This document shows, piece after piece, positions 25,489 through 37,414 of a DNA stretch of 64,000 nucleotides. Source of the DNA: Biomphalaria glabrata (Eukaryota); NCBI RefSeq assembly GCF_947242115.1, contig NC_074716.1:24112637-24176636 (forward strand), written 5' to 3'. The translations under genes were made by a program, and so were the position numbers. A model generated the notes under the pieces. The model was not told the DNA's origin and made no database searches. It saw only the letters and a program-made list of their open reading frames with translations. How positions within the stretch are numbered: position 1 is the first letter of the stretch; every line of letters starts with the position of its first letter.

Positions 25489-26492
25489 CTGGAGAGAAAA
25501 AAAATAAATTTCTTCACAACATTATAAGTTAGTTGATTTTAAAATGCATGAGTTAGCTCAAGTCTATAATTAGTTTGAATAGTTTTTGTGCTGTAAAGCT
25601 AATGGTGGACAGAGGTGATCAACAGGTCTACATAACCTAAACAATTATAACAAAACTGTTGTAAGTATTCTTCTTCTGCATTCTCATGATCATGTTGAAG
25701 GGTTCATAAAACTACTCCAATATTGGAGATGAACTATGCAGGCAGTTCCTCAGAGTTTTCCTATATGGTATGATTTGTCATTACAAGGCACAGCAGTATG
25801 AGACAGCAAATGTTCTAGAATATGAAACTAGGAACAAAAGAAACACATGCTATTGTGGTGTATCACCCAAGGAGGCTGATAATATCTCTAATGCGGAATA
25901 CTTAATGACAAGATACTGTTCGAAATCCCTTAGACAAACATGGAAAATAACCTGATTTGACAATCACTGGGCAGTTATCTGAATGCTCCAACTAGATAAT
26001 GAAGATGATGAAATATGCTAACAAACACTTCAGTGTTTAGAATGTAAAACATGCTTGAATGAATAAGATGTAGAAAAGTCAAGGCAGTTACTGCCTTCAA
26101 GTCAGCTACAAAGTCTCTTAGGTACATCAAAAGCAAGTGGCGCAAGGAAATATCATCCATGTTCATTTCATCACTACATTAGACTATGTTTAGCAACTGA
26201 TTGGTCTAGATTTCCACTTTAACATTTAGATGCAGAACTGCAAGATATTTTTTGCCTAAGTTTAGCTTATATGATTCTCAAATACTGAAAAGTCTAGTTA
26301 AACTTACTAAACAAATAAAGGGAAAAAACACAAGAACTTTTGATTATCTTTATAAGCACTGAAACACATCTGGATTATACATATTTTCTCTCTAAATATT
26401 TATCTATCTCATGGTTTTAAATTATCACCAACAGAGTAGGCAGCAGCATACAAACAAATATAGTGATGGAAAATGATAATAGTAATAATTAC

Positions 26493-26582
26493 TTGGTGAG
26501 CTGTCAGACATCCAAATCATACTAGCACTTTTGGATGAAGTAGCATCATCTACAGACCCATCTGCATAAACATCCGCTTCGT
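26493..26582 (-). CDS. Cassette exon B-a: EADVYADGSVDDATSSKSASMIWMSDSSP
   Basis: Acceptor gatcag|AC, donor CCAA|gtaatt. 90 bp, phase 1-1. Confidence 0.4.
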
Positions 26583-26809
26583 CTGATCATTAGAAACACA
26601 ATGAATGTTAGACTAAACATATTTGAATTTTTAGATTTTTGTTTCTATTTTATAATCTGTATGTTTAGCCTAGAATAAAGAAAAAAAAATTATTCATATG
26701 AGTCAAAAGAGGAGGCATGATGGTAAAACACATTCCTTGTGAACTTCAGTCTCTGTGAAGACTAGGATTTTGAACTTCAAGATTTTAAGTATATTCCTGA
26801 GTCCACTCA

Positions 26810-27066
26810 GAGGTGCAGTGGCTGAATGGCAAAGTGCTTGGCTTCCGAACCAAGGAGTCCTAGGTTTGAATCCTGGTGAAGACTGGGATTTTTAATTTCG
26901 GGATTTTTAGGGCACCTCTGTGAGTCCACCCAGCTCTAATGGGTACCTGAATTTAGTTGGGTAAAAGTAAAGGCGGTTGGTTGTTGTGCTGGCCACATGA
27001 CATCCTCCTTAAGTGTGGGCCACAGAAACATATGAACTGTACATTATATGTTCTATAGATTGCAAG
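26810..27066 (+). mobile_element. tRNA-derived SINE, copy 5 (inside tandem unit B)
   Basis: Head aggtgcagtggctgaatggcaaagtgcttggcttccgaacc...ggtttgaatcctgg, then body and tail. Absent from paralogous units A and C, so it inserted after the duplication. Confidence 0.8.
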
Positions 27067-27301
27067 ATATGAAAGCTTTCATGGGTACCAGACATTGGTT
27101 GTGTCATATGATTGGTAAAAGAAGCAGATGGGCTTTACATTAAGTACCCGATGAATGGCAAGGTTTATAAGAAACTAGTTAATACTGGTATAAACTGGTT
27201 AGTTTATTCTATTTACAGTAAATCTCTTCTAAAATAGCTTCTACAAATAGAGACATTGGTGTCAAATCTATTTTAATAAATCAATAGAAACTAATAGTTA
27301 C

Positions 27302-27367
27302 CAATAATTTTAAATGAACTACCCCAACCTCTCAGGCCAAATGAACCACCCAGCATGTCTTCTTTAT
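27302..27367 (-). CDS. Cassette exon B-b: KEDMLGGSFGLRGWGSSFKII
   Basis: Acceptor ctttcag|AT, donor ATTG|gtaact. 66 bp, phase 1-1. Confidence 0.35.
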
Positions 27368-28567
27368 CTGAAAGTTAAGGATAGAAACAAAAATGTATTC
27401 AAGATGATCATTTTTAAAAATGCATGTGTTAGATCAAGGCAATAATTAGTTTGAATGGTTTTAATGCTAAAGCTAATGGTGGACAGTGATGAGCAGCAGA
27501 TCTAATTACAAGAAAAATTATATGAAAATGTGTTGTTGTAGTCTTTTTCAGCGGCTTTCTCCTTATCATGTTTGAGGGTTATATCTGAGATAAACTACAC
27601 AGTTCTGTCCTGAATGGGCAGCTCTCCATATAGTTGTTCTATATGGTATAATTTATCTCTTCCAAACATGGCACAGCAGAAGTAGACAGCAATTGGTTTA
27701 GAAGAAGAGCATTGGAACTCATGTGGTGTGTTATGAAAGGATGCTGACAATATCTTTAAAGCTGCATACTTTATTCAAAATGATCCAGATACTGTTCCCA
27801 GAAATCCCTTAACACACCAATATTAGGAAAAATTGCCTAATTTGGGAATCACTGTGCACATATCTGAATCTGCCAACTTGATAATGAGAATGAAGAAGTA
27901 GATGAAATATGCTAACAAATACTTCATCGTTTAGAATGTAAACATGCTTGAATAAAATGCAGAAAAGTCAGAGCAGTTACAGCCTTCAAGTCAGCTACAA
28001 AGTGTCTTAGGTACATCATCTTTTTTAATTTTAGAAGCAGAATTGCAAGATATTTTTTGCCTAAGTTTAGCTTATAAGATTCTCAAATAGTGAAAGGTCT
28101 AGTCAAACTTCAGAAACAGAATAAAGGAAAACAACACTGGGACATTTGATTAGCTTTACAAACATTGAAACAACTAGGACATTGAAACAACTAGGACATT
28201 CTGTACTTAAAAACATGTTTTATCTAATATTGACAGCCACAATAAATTGTGCCAATATGTGTCACAATTTCATTTACTAGTAAACCAGTGCCACTTGTAT
28301 AGTAGGTAGCCAATTACATTTTAGTAGACAACATTTTCCTATCACAGCAGAAGATTATAAAAGTCTGTCTTATGGTATGAAATGAGATGTTGTAACACTT
28401 TAGGAATAGTTCACATACCTACCATGACAAAATCTATTTACTATTGCTCTGCTACACAAATCCACATTTTCTCTCTACTCTCAAGATTTAGAATCATTAC
28501 CAACAGAGTAGGCAGCAGCATACAACAACAAAATGTAATGATGGAAAATGAAAAGAGAAATAATTAC

Positions 28568-28657
28568 TTGGTGAGCTGTCAGACATCGAACTTGTACTAA
28601 AACTTCCTTTTAAAAAACAATCCTCTCCAAACTCATCGGTATCCACTTCCACTTCAT
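28568..28657 (-). CDS. Cassette exon C-a: (D)EVEVDTDEFGEDCFLKGSFSTSSMSDSSP
   Basis: Acceptor atcatcag|AT, donor CCAA|gtaatt. 90 bp, symmetric phase 1-1. Paralogous to exons at 26493-26582 and 24813-24872. Confidence 0.4.
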
Positions 28658-29123
28658 CTGATGATTTAAGACACAATGAATTTTAAGCTAAACATATTTG
28701 AATTTTTAGATATTTTTCTTCTTAATAATATGTATTATAGCAAAAAGTAAGCAGAATTTTTTTTTTTTAATTTATCATGTTAGTCAATAGAGGAGACATT
28801 GTGGCAGAATGGTAAAACACATTGCTTTTGAACTGAGAGGTCAAAAGATTTTTAAGGACATCTCTGGATACTTCCCGTTAGCCATGTCCTTGTATCACAT
28901 GACTGGCGGCAATAGAAGCAAAGAGGCTTTAAATCATTGAACTCAAAGTTTGAAAGACAAACTAGTTCATACTGGTCTTAACTGGTTAGTTTATTCTAGT
29001 TCCAGTAAGTCAAGAATTATCCAAGTCTCTTTACACAAATCTACTACAAATAGATACTTTTGTATGAAACTCAATTTGAATATTATACACACTTTAAATA
29101 TATCAATAGAAAGCCATAGTTAC

Positions 29124-29186
29124 CGTAAATTTCAACTGATCTACAAGATCTTGTTGTGCGATATGAAACCTTCATGTCTACCTTAG
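29124..29186 (-). CDS. Cassette exon C-b (unit C of tandem triplication): KVDMKVSYRTTRSCRSVEIY
   Basis: Acceptor gtttag|CT, donor TACG|gtaact. 63 bp, symmetric phase 1-1. Only one frame is open. Confidence 0.35.
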
Positions 29187-30657
29187 CTAAACAAAGTTCA
29201 GAAAGGAAATAAAAACATCAGAAGCATTATAAGTTTTTTTAAATGCATGTGTTAGTCAAGACTATAATTAGATTGAATGAGTTTTGTGCAATAAGCTTAG
29301 GGTGAACAGTGGTGATCAACAGGTGATCAACAGATCAACAGGTCAAAAGAACATGAAAAGTAATTTGAAAAATTGTTGATTGTTTTTATCTTCTTCTGCA
29401 TTCTCATTATCATGTTTGAGGGTACAGATAACTATTCCTATATCTGAGATCAACTTTGCAGCACTTTCCAGATTAGGCTACTTATCCTTATAGTTTTTCT
29501 TCTAAAGGGATTCTGTGAAGCTAATGTTCTTGTTCTGGCCTCCCGATAGATCAGGAATAGCCAACATTTGGCTTCCAAGTGCCAATTTTTCTCACTTTTC
29601 ATTCAGAAACACACATTTTTCCCCTTTCACTCCTTCAAAGTAATGGTCATGTGGACACATTTGTTTTCAGTTTTACATACCAACATAGATAGTATAATGT
29701 GAGCAGATGTAGAGGAAGGGATTTCTTCAATCAAAAAAAGATAAACTTTACTTACTTTTTGTCACTTAATTTGCTTTGATAAATTTAATTGATAGTTTCT
29801 AAATGTACCAATAATGTATAACACTGTTAGAAGTTTGAAATAAAACTAATTTTACATACAGACAAATTAAGCAAAACTAGCTTTAGTGATATTAGGAGTT
29901 AAATTTGTAATTGAACACCACAGACAAATCTTCAAATTTGAATCAGGCAAAACAACTTCAGTTTGTTCTTGATCATTTCCCTGAATGAAAATGCTTGCCC
30001 ACAACCAGTATGATGATCTGAAGTCACAAGCATAGCTTAAGTAAATTTAAATTTTCTTAGTTCTATAAATCTTCACAGGATGACATTGCCAAAAATTACG
30101 AATTTCAGATGCATTCAGGAGAGAGGAAAGCTAAAGAAATTTCAATTATAGCACTGAATTTTGTATAAGATTAATGATTTCCATCTGTATATCATCAGAA
30201 GATTTCGTTCACTAAGTGAAAAAAGATTTTTAAAAGGAACTATGCAGGGCAATGGTCATTCAAATGATTATCAAAGGATTCTGTAATAATGTAATATTTT
30301 TCATTGATGTTCACCAGATTCATTTTGTTCTTTTAAATGAGTTTAAACTTCATTTTGAATCCACTGATATTTATTAAGCTAGACAACAAATCTGTCCTGC
30401 ACCTGTAATTTTAAATTAAAGTCATTGAGTTGGCTTGTGGCATCCACTAAAAATGGTAAATGTTAACCCTATCTTTTATTTTTTTCATTACACAAATTGC
30501 CTTTTCCTTGGACAGCTCATCTTTCTCTTCTAGATAATCATGAACAATATTTTTCAACTTCCAAAATCTTCTGAGAACTTGTCCTCTAGAAACACAGGGT
30601 AATGTCCAAAAAAAAATACAAAGCATGTATTAAAAACTACAACTGTCGAAAACAAAC

Positions 30658-30924
30658 CTTTCTGTTTTTCTGTTTCCTGATCCTCTGCTAATCCACCTCT
30701 AAGCTTAAGCACAAGATGAATACAGTCACCAAAGTTCAAACCACTCTCCCCAATGACAGCATTGTCCTCTAAATTACAACCTTTGTAGATTAATCTCTGT
30801 TGTTCTAGAGGCACCCCTTCTTTTTCAAGGAGGATATGTTTCAGGTCAAGGACAGTCATAGAGTCTGAAGCAGGGCAGCTTACAGATTTGCCAGTTAAAT
30901 TTTTGACAATTAAAAACCTCCCAT
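30658..30924 (-). CDS. Ubiquitin-like domain exon: (D)GRFLIVKNLTGKSVSCPASDSMTVLDLKHILLEKEGVPLEQQRLIYKGCNLEDNAVIGESGLNFGDCIHLVLKLRGG-LAEDQETEKQK
   Basis: About 43% identity to ubiquitin over 76 aa. Conserved VKxLTGK, KEGxPxxQQRLI, LED and HLVLxLRGG motifs. Acceptor accacag|AT, donor AAAG|gtttgt. 267 bp, phase 1 to 1. Confidence 0.75.
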
Positions 30925-31290
30925 CTGTGGTAAAATAAAAAAATATTGATACCCATTTTAGTGATGGAAACATTAAATAATGGCAAATTATTCAAATTTT
31001 CATTCTTTTTTAAACTTGTGCCTTATGTTAGGTTTTAAAAGTTTTATTTTGGTTTCATTTTTAGATCCTTATGTACATACTAGTTAAATGTGAAGCTGAG
31101 TTGCATAAACCACTTGAATCTTGACTCAAGCTAAGTTGTTTTTTCTGAGAAACTAAATGCAGCAGGAAAACCTTCTCCCAGATACCCCTCCTCCCATAGG
31201 TAAAGAGAAGAGATTCACTCAGCATGACAGAAGAGATTGTACTATAGTACATGAAAGATGCACTATACAAAAGTAATTTTTGTTAATTAC

Positions 31291-31437
31291 CATGAACAGG
31301 AAGTGAACTGATAGGCTTCAACCTGTGCTCTACCTCTGGAATCTTCAAAGCTTCAGTCCTCAGCTCATGCAAGTAAGTAATGACTTTAGGATAAACATCA
31401 GCATTCTCAACCACATTAGTGAGTTCATCTACACCAG
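31291..31437 (-). CDS. Exon 29: (A)GVDELTNVVENADVYPKVITYLHELRTEALKIPEVEHRLKPISSLPVH
   Basis: Acceptor tttttttcaag|CT, donor CATG|gtaatt. 147 bp, phase 1 to 1. In frame with exons 28 and 30. Confidence 0.55.
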
Positions 31438-32325
31438 CTTGAAAAAAACAAAATAAAACAATGTCAGCATTTCTAGAACAAAAAACATTTTTATTATAAT
31501 CTATAGAAATTCGTAAAAAAAAAACGGTATTGCAGATATGAGCTTGAAGAGCAGTTTGTGCCATGACTGATATAAAAAAAAAATTAAAACCAATACACAT
31601 AAATTTTCTAAAATAAAACTTTGGTACTTTTAAAAAGGCTAATATGGCATATTTAATCGGTTTGTTTCACTATACTTAATGATACAAGCTGTCAGTAAAA
31701 TAAAACTTTGGTACTTTTCAAAACTTGTATGTGACATATTTAATCTGTTTGTTTCACTATAATAAATAGTACAAGTTGTCATGAAGTCATGTTAAGCTTT
31801 TGGGTACATGTGTGTTGCATATTCTTTTAATTTAAGGACATTCCTTCCATTGCATAATTGTGTGCAAATCTACTCATCATGTTCATTGAAACTATACTAC
31901 ATTTTCATGGTTATTTCATCCAGTCTATTCAATTTGTGTTTTAGATTTGGGAAACTAGAGCTCTTTTATAAGTTTGTTCTTATTGGAAGGCTGCTTGATT
32001 GAGTGATATGTGTTTTGAACTGTTGTCTGATGATCCAGAGTTCAAACCCTGCTCACCCTCATCCCCCAGGTGTAAAGCCTAATAATCTTCATTTCTGAAA
32101 GAACGTTCAAAACTCATAAAACAAAGAAAAAAGTGTTTTTTAAAATCCTACACCTCTATTGTCATGTTATAACCCAATAGCACACATCCTAAGGTGGCTT
32201 AAAAAAACATTTTTTATGTTGTTTTTTTCTTTTCGGAATAAGGTCATTATTATCTGTTAAAAGAAAATTTAAAAGAAAAAAAACATAATTTTGTTAATTT
32301 TAATAATAATATTGAGTATTTTTAC

Positions 32326-32407
32326 CATTGAAGATCTCAACAGCCAAGTCTACAGCTTTACTAGTTTCTGACTGTAAGGTATAGGCTTTCACTAGAAGTT
32401 TAGCATT
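32326..32407 (-). CDS. Exon 28: NAKLLVKAYTLQSETSKAVDLAVEIFN
   Basis: Acceptor ttttcacag|AAT, donor AATG|gtaaaaat. 82 bp, phase 0 to 1. Confidence 0.5.
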
Positions 32408-32453
32408 CTGTGAAAATGAGGCAAATAATGTTTAAAAATACAAAATTGATATT

Positions 32454-33891
32454 CAGTGGCGTAGCTAGGGTATATGATGCCCAGTGCAGCAGCTTCTCGT
32501 GAGGCCCCCCTCCCTCTTAAAAAAACTAAATAAAACAGCGAAATGATTTTTTTTTCGACCTAATGTGTATTTTTTGTTTAAGTAATGCTAATTTGCAAAA
32601 AAAAAACAAAAAACAATTTAACAACAAGAAATATTAAAATAAAGACAATATTTAGAACTGAATCATCTAGACAAAATTTTAAAAATTAAAACTCAATATC
32701 TCAAGCAGGTCCTAGTTTCGGAAGTTCAAATGCTTCTGAAGAAACTGCAACAAACCATTAAAGTCTCTTTCGCTCCAGATGAAATTCATATTTGTCAATG
32801 CCGTCATGAGTTGGGATGGTGACAAACATTTATATTTACCTACCACATCATGATATGTTCATATGTCTTGAACTATCCCGTCCAAGGAAGAATACATTTC
32901 CATCCTAGGCTCTTTCTTGTGTATGTTAATAAAGAATCTTCAAATTTTTCGCCTGACATCTTGTGGTTAACACATCTTTGAGTTTCTGCGCTAATCACCA
33001 AATCTGAGCACATGCATTTTGTAAAGGTAACACTGGCTTCAGCAATGTTCTTCTGACTAGTAGCTAAGAATGTTTTTAATCTTTTCCATTTAAGTGCGCA
33101 GTCTCGAATAGCCAATCTCTTGTTTTTGAAGGTAGACTTACGCATCCTTAATTCAGTTAATACAGGGCCCCAAAACCCAAGGTTGGTGAAACAAATGAAG
33201 ACTGCATAGCAACTAACAATCCGCCTTATTCAGACCTAGTAGAAGAGTTTTCATCTGTTCTAGTCAATGTCTCTAGAGTTTCTATAATTTTTGAAAATGA
33301 ATCCATAACTATCTTAACGACTTCTCCTCTGGCACTCCAGCGCATTTTAACCAAGCACTTAGGGCTAGTTTCAGTTATTTTGTTGATGACATCCTAGTGG
33401 TGTGCTGAAGTGGATACAAAAGCTGTGTAAACGGTCCAGTGTACCGAAAAATGTTACTGAATAGATTTCAGCTTCAGCTCAAATTCCAGCCAAGCTCAGA
33501 GAATGGTTCGAGTAAATAATGAATTAAGATGATGTCAATGAAAGACTACAGAATTTGTATCACCTTGTTATCCATGACAATGTAACCTCAACAATTACAA
33601 AAATTAATCCAGTTTGGTGATGATTTAGAGTCTAAGGCATTTATTTATAAGCTCTAGATCTAAATGAAACCTGCGTACTGAACAATGGAGTAACAAAAAA
33701 AACATTGGAGATTAATTAAGTAAGTGAGTAAATCAATTTCTAGTTAACATTTAAAATTCAGTACTTTGTCTTTGTTCATGTATGTAAAATGCATTTATTT
33801 TATTGAGAAAATTGATCCTTAGTTTGATGCCCCAAACCATGTGATGCCCCATGCGGCCAGCACCACTTGCACATGGCTAGCTATGCCACTG
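32454..33891. mobile_element. hAT-like non-autonomous element (TIR CAGTGGCGTAGCTAGG..., perfect 8-bp TSD TTGATATT) in the PARP4 intron between exons 28 and 27
   Basis: Left end cagtggcgtagctagggtatatg. Right end catggctagctatgccactg is the reverse complement. ttgatatt lies directly outside both ends (32446-32453 and 33892-33899). TIR fits the hAT YARNG rule (CAGTG). Confidence 0.75.
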
Positions 33892-34806
33892 TTGATATTA
33901 CTGTTCTGTGAATAAAATGCAAGATCAAAAGATTCATGTCCATGAATAAACTAGAGTTCATTTAAATCTCATTTTAAAATCCAACTTACTTAATGTATGC
34001 TCAAATAGCTTTGAATTCTGTTTTGTTTTGTTGAGCATTTTGTTGCCTCAATTGTAGGTGAAAATATATTTCTGCTTTCTCTTTTTCTAGTAGTCATGGA
34101 TAACTCTTTTTAACAGATATACATAACCCATAATAGCACAGATCCCTCAAACTCATTATTCATTCATGTATCTTCAATCGCTAAACCCTGCTCCAAGTTT
34201 CTTATTCTTCTTCATCTAACCAGCATTTTACTGGCAGTAAGCCCTTTGCAAAGTAGCATGCTGTTATTCTCTGCTGTCCCACATTGCCATATAATCTTTT
34301 GAAACTTTTTCTATACACTAAACTATACAACTGCTTAACTTCAATGACATAGCCCTGTAACTTCCAGGATACAAGGACCTTAAAAGCTAGGCAATAAGTT
34401 GTGATTTAGTTCTTTGGGATTAGGGTTAGTTAAGGTGCTGGATAACAGAAACTTTTTCTTATGTTCATAAACAGCCTCACTGACCAATAAATATTTTGAA
34501 CTTAATATCAATAGAATTAGTTTTGATTAGTAGGCAGCTGCCTAAGTCATGTGATGCTATTTCCAGATTGCCATTTTGATGGTCCCAGGTTTGAACTCTT
34601 CCCACTGTTATTCTGCCGGAGGTTTGGGCTAGGACGTAATAACCTTGATTTCTGATTGTTTTTAACCCAAGAAAGATTCATAGTATTTACAACAAATGTC
34701 CAATAAGGATAACTAAATCAGTCTTAGTCTTAGAAACTTACAGGTAAAGTCAAATCTAGTTGTTACTCTTACAAAAAAATGAATATCTGACTGTGGAAAC
34801 GAATAC

Positions 34807-34968
34807 CTGAATGACATCCTTGTTGCAGGCTCCTGTTTTTTCTTTCATCATTTCCAGCTTCTCTTCCATTGCTTCCAGTTGACTGATTGTCTTATTGGAC
34901 AGAGACCCATTGTTAATGTCTTCCCCAAGCTGCTGTAGCATCAGTTCCAGAGAAAGATCATCTCCAGT
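34807..34968 (-). CDS. Exon 27 (species-specific insert region): TGDDLSLELMLQQLGEDINNGSLSNKTISQLEAMEEKLEMMKEKTGACNKDVIQ
   Basis: Acceptor cacttcag|ACT gives phase 0, matching exon 26. Donor CAG|gtattc. An alternative acceptor 22 nt upstream would be out of phase. 162 bp. Confidence 0.5.
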
Positions 34969-35827
34969 CTGAAGTGTGAAATACTCAACTGAACTTACAT
35001 TCATCAAAATAAATACATAGACATTTACACTGGTTCTTGATATTGTCAGAGTGACATTTAGATAGACCTTGTATGAATTGTATGAATGTACTAGAATATA
35101 TTTTTAAAAAAGGAGCACTGGGCACTGCAAAGGAACAAAATATGTTTGACCTAGCACAGGGACATGTACAAGAAGTATTAACCATAATGAACAAAAACAT
35201 TTTTGGAAACATTTGATCAAGTATTGCTCAATAAAAGATCACACTGAAAGTAAGTTAGTACATAGAAGTGCATGTATAAAGTCCAGTGTGAAGGGACAAT
35301 CTAGTATATTTACTTAAGCATTTATGCATGTTGCATGCCTAAAGGAAAACAAATACAAGTTTTAAAAAATGCATTTTTCAATCAGTGGTTCTTGTTTTTG
35401 TAGTTGTATGCCCAAAGAAAATGGCATTTTTTATTTACAATGCATGAAAGGGAGAGAAGTTGAGCTCAGATTGTGACACAAGAAAGGTTGGAAATCACAT
35501 TTTAGTTATTAGTTCATTAACCATCAGAATAACTAGTCGCAACCATCTTATTGAACTTACATTATTTCATCTAATCCATTTAATCCCCTTTAAGTAGTTA
35601 TCGCAATCCATTTTATCCTGCAACCCATCCCTCCTGAATCATTATATAAATTTCTGCTTGAATCATAACACACATTTTTTGGTTTGCACAAAACATGTGT
35701 CTGCATATGACTGTTAACTTCACATCAAAGTTCAAACCTTTCACTACAAGCCACTATCAAAAGAAACCATAATGAAAGCTTCTTGTGTCCACATTAACAG
35801 TGTACACTAATGCCATGGATGACTCAC

Positions 35828-35926
35828 CAATCCTTTTGTCCAGCCCATATAAGGCAAAATGTCCACATTCTCTTTATTCAGTAAATCTTTAATAGATGGG
35901 CCAGTTGGCAAAACATCTTTCTCATT
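35828..35926 (-). CDS. PARP4: PARP4-like exon 26: NEKDVLPTGPSIKDLLNKENVDILPYMGWTKGL
   Basis: Human 'PFPDIPKVSELIAKEDVDFLPYMSWQG'. Acceptor ttgcag|AAT, donor TTG|gtgagt. 99 bp. Confidence 0.75.
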
Positions 35927-36314
35927 CTGCAATTCGAAACCAGTGTAATGAGGAACATTTTTCAAACAATCACTCTTTTACTTCATTGTGCATGTACTAG
36001 TAAATAAAGTAAAACATCTGATACATAAAGGCCAAAATAGTAAGATAAATACAACTTACAAAAAGAAAAAAAAAAGAAAAATACCTTTTTTTTATCTAAT
36101 TGATTTTTTTTTTAAAAGCAATTGTTAACTAATTTCAAAAACTTTACACATTTAAGTTATCATATTTTTAAAATAATTTTTGTTTCTTATTTCAAAGCTC
36201 ATGCGGGACATTGCTTTGCCATGAGGCAAAGAAGCATTCTGTCAATAATACAAAATATATTTAATATACAATGACTGCTGGTTGGAATGAAGAAATAAAA
36301 TAAGGGTCTACAAC

Positions 36315-36416
36315 CTCTTCCCTTTTCTCAACTGCAATAAAGCTGGTGAACTGTGTGACAATAGAGAATTGTTTGCTCAACTCTATGATGCCATTCTTCT
36401 GATCCATCTTTGCGAT
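36315..36416 (-). CDS. PARP4: PARP4-like exon 25: IAKMDQKNGIIELSKQFSIVTQFTSFIAVEKREE
   Basis: Human 'LKSLIIKLSKENSLITQFTSFVAVEKRDE'. Acceptor ttggcag|ATC, donor GAG|gttgta. 102 bp. Confidence 0.75.
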
Positions 36417-37414
36417 CTGCCAACATAAACATTTTTAGACAATTATCAACAAATATGCTTGCCTTGCAGAAGAACATGGAAGTAAGAAACGACTGAACAA
36501 ATTTACAAAAAGAGTTTATGTTATGATATAAACTCAAGCAACACCTGGGGCATGGGTAGATTGACAGGTTTTAAAGGTTTTCAGCAAGAATATCAGAAGC
36601 CATGAAGTACAAGCTACCAATAACCACTATCTCCCTTCATACAAACAAATGAATGTTAAAGTATGGTTGCCTTTGATCACTTTCATACAATACATAAGGT
36701 CTTGGTACCTTTCAGAATATGGCCAGCATCACGAACATTGCATGATTTTCTGCATGTAAAGAAAGAGATTTATGGCAAACTTAATGTCCTGGTGAACATG
36801 TACTAATTCCCCTTAACAGGCATGTGTATAAGGTAGCCAAGATCTACATTATTAGCAAACACCATTGAAGTAATAACCATTTAGTCTTATCTATATAGAT
36901 CTAAAATACAAAAAAATATTCACACCATGGTCTTTTATGGATTAATAAAAGTAATATCTCAATGTTCTAATTCTGATTTTGCTTTATTCACTATCAGAGT
37001 AATTGAGACGATTCATAGAGGGGCCAGGCATAACACTGCAGAATTTCCACAATTGACAAAACCGTATGTGTAATTATTACTAAAAAAAAGACAATATATT
37101 ATCTTTCTTTGTTAATTTTATCTCTCTTATTTTAAGGTATTGTTTTAAAAAAGGTGTATTATAAAACAAACAACTTGCATAATAATTTTTAAAGATAAAA
37201 CGTTTTGCTTTCAGAAGACCAAAAGTAGCCAATACATCTAAACTTTGCAAGCCACAAAAGATGGTGAAATTAGATTTTCAATACCTCTTCTAGTTTTTGG
37301 GATCTAAACATGACAGACAGACAGATCGACTACACAAAACTAATAGTGGCTTTTTCCATTACGGGGACCACTTTAAAAAAGTCATGGATGACCAGATATG
37401 TAAAATATGAGCAC

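Larger units (their letters stand above)
24800..30400. repeat. Tandem triplication of a roughly 1.8-2.1-kb unit (A about 24800-26520, B about 26520-28600, C about 28600-30400). Each unit carries two candidate cassette exons.
   Basis: Paralogous segments such as 25241-25440, 27150-27330 and 28940-29140, and 26080-26130 versus 27967-28020. The exon-bearing blocks are conserved between units. Confidence 0.7.

Noticed and set aside
32873-33145. 90-aa minus-strand ORF inside the hAT-like element as a transposase fragment
   Set aside because: I found no BED-finger, DDE or hAT-dimerisation motifs in any frame. The element is probably non-autonomous.
34985-35007. 'MMNVSSVEYF...' start in the ORF track as an independent start codon for a Ubl gene
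   Set aside because: The first 'M' is a TTG, because the track uses alternative starts. The real ATG is followed by an in-frame stretch containing the polypyrimidine/AG acceptor. Using the acceptor at cacttcag|ACT (34968) gives a phase-0 junction with PARP4 exon 26, so an internal exon is more parsimonious. A nested gene cannot be fully excluded.
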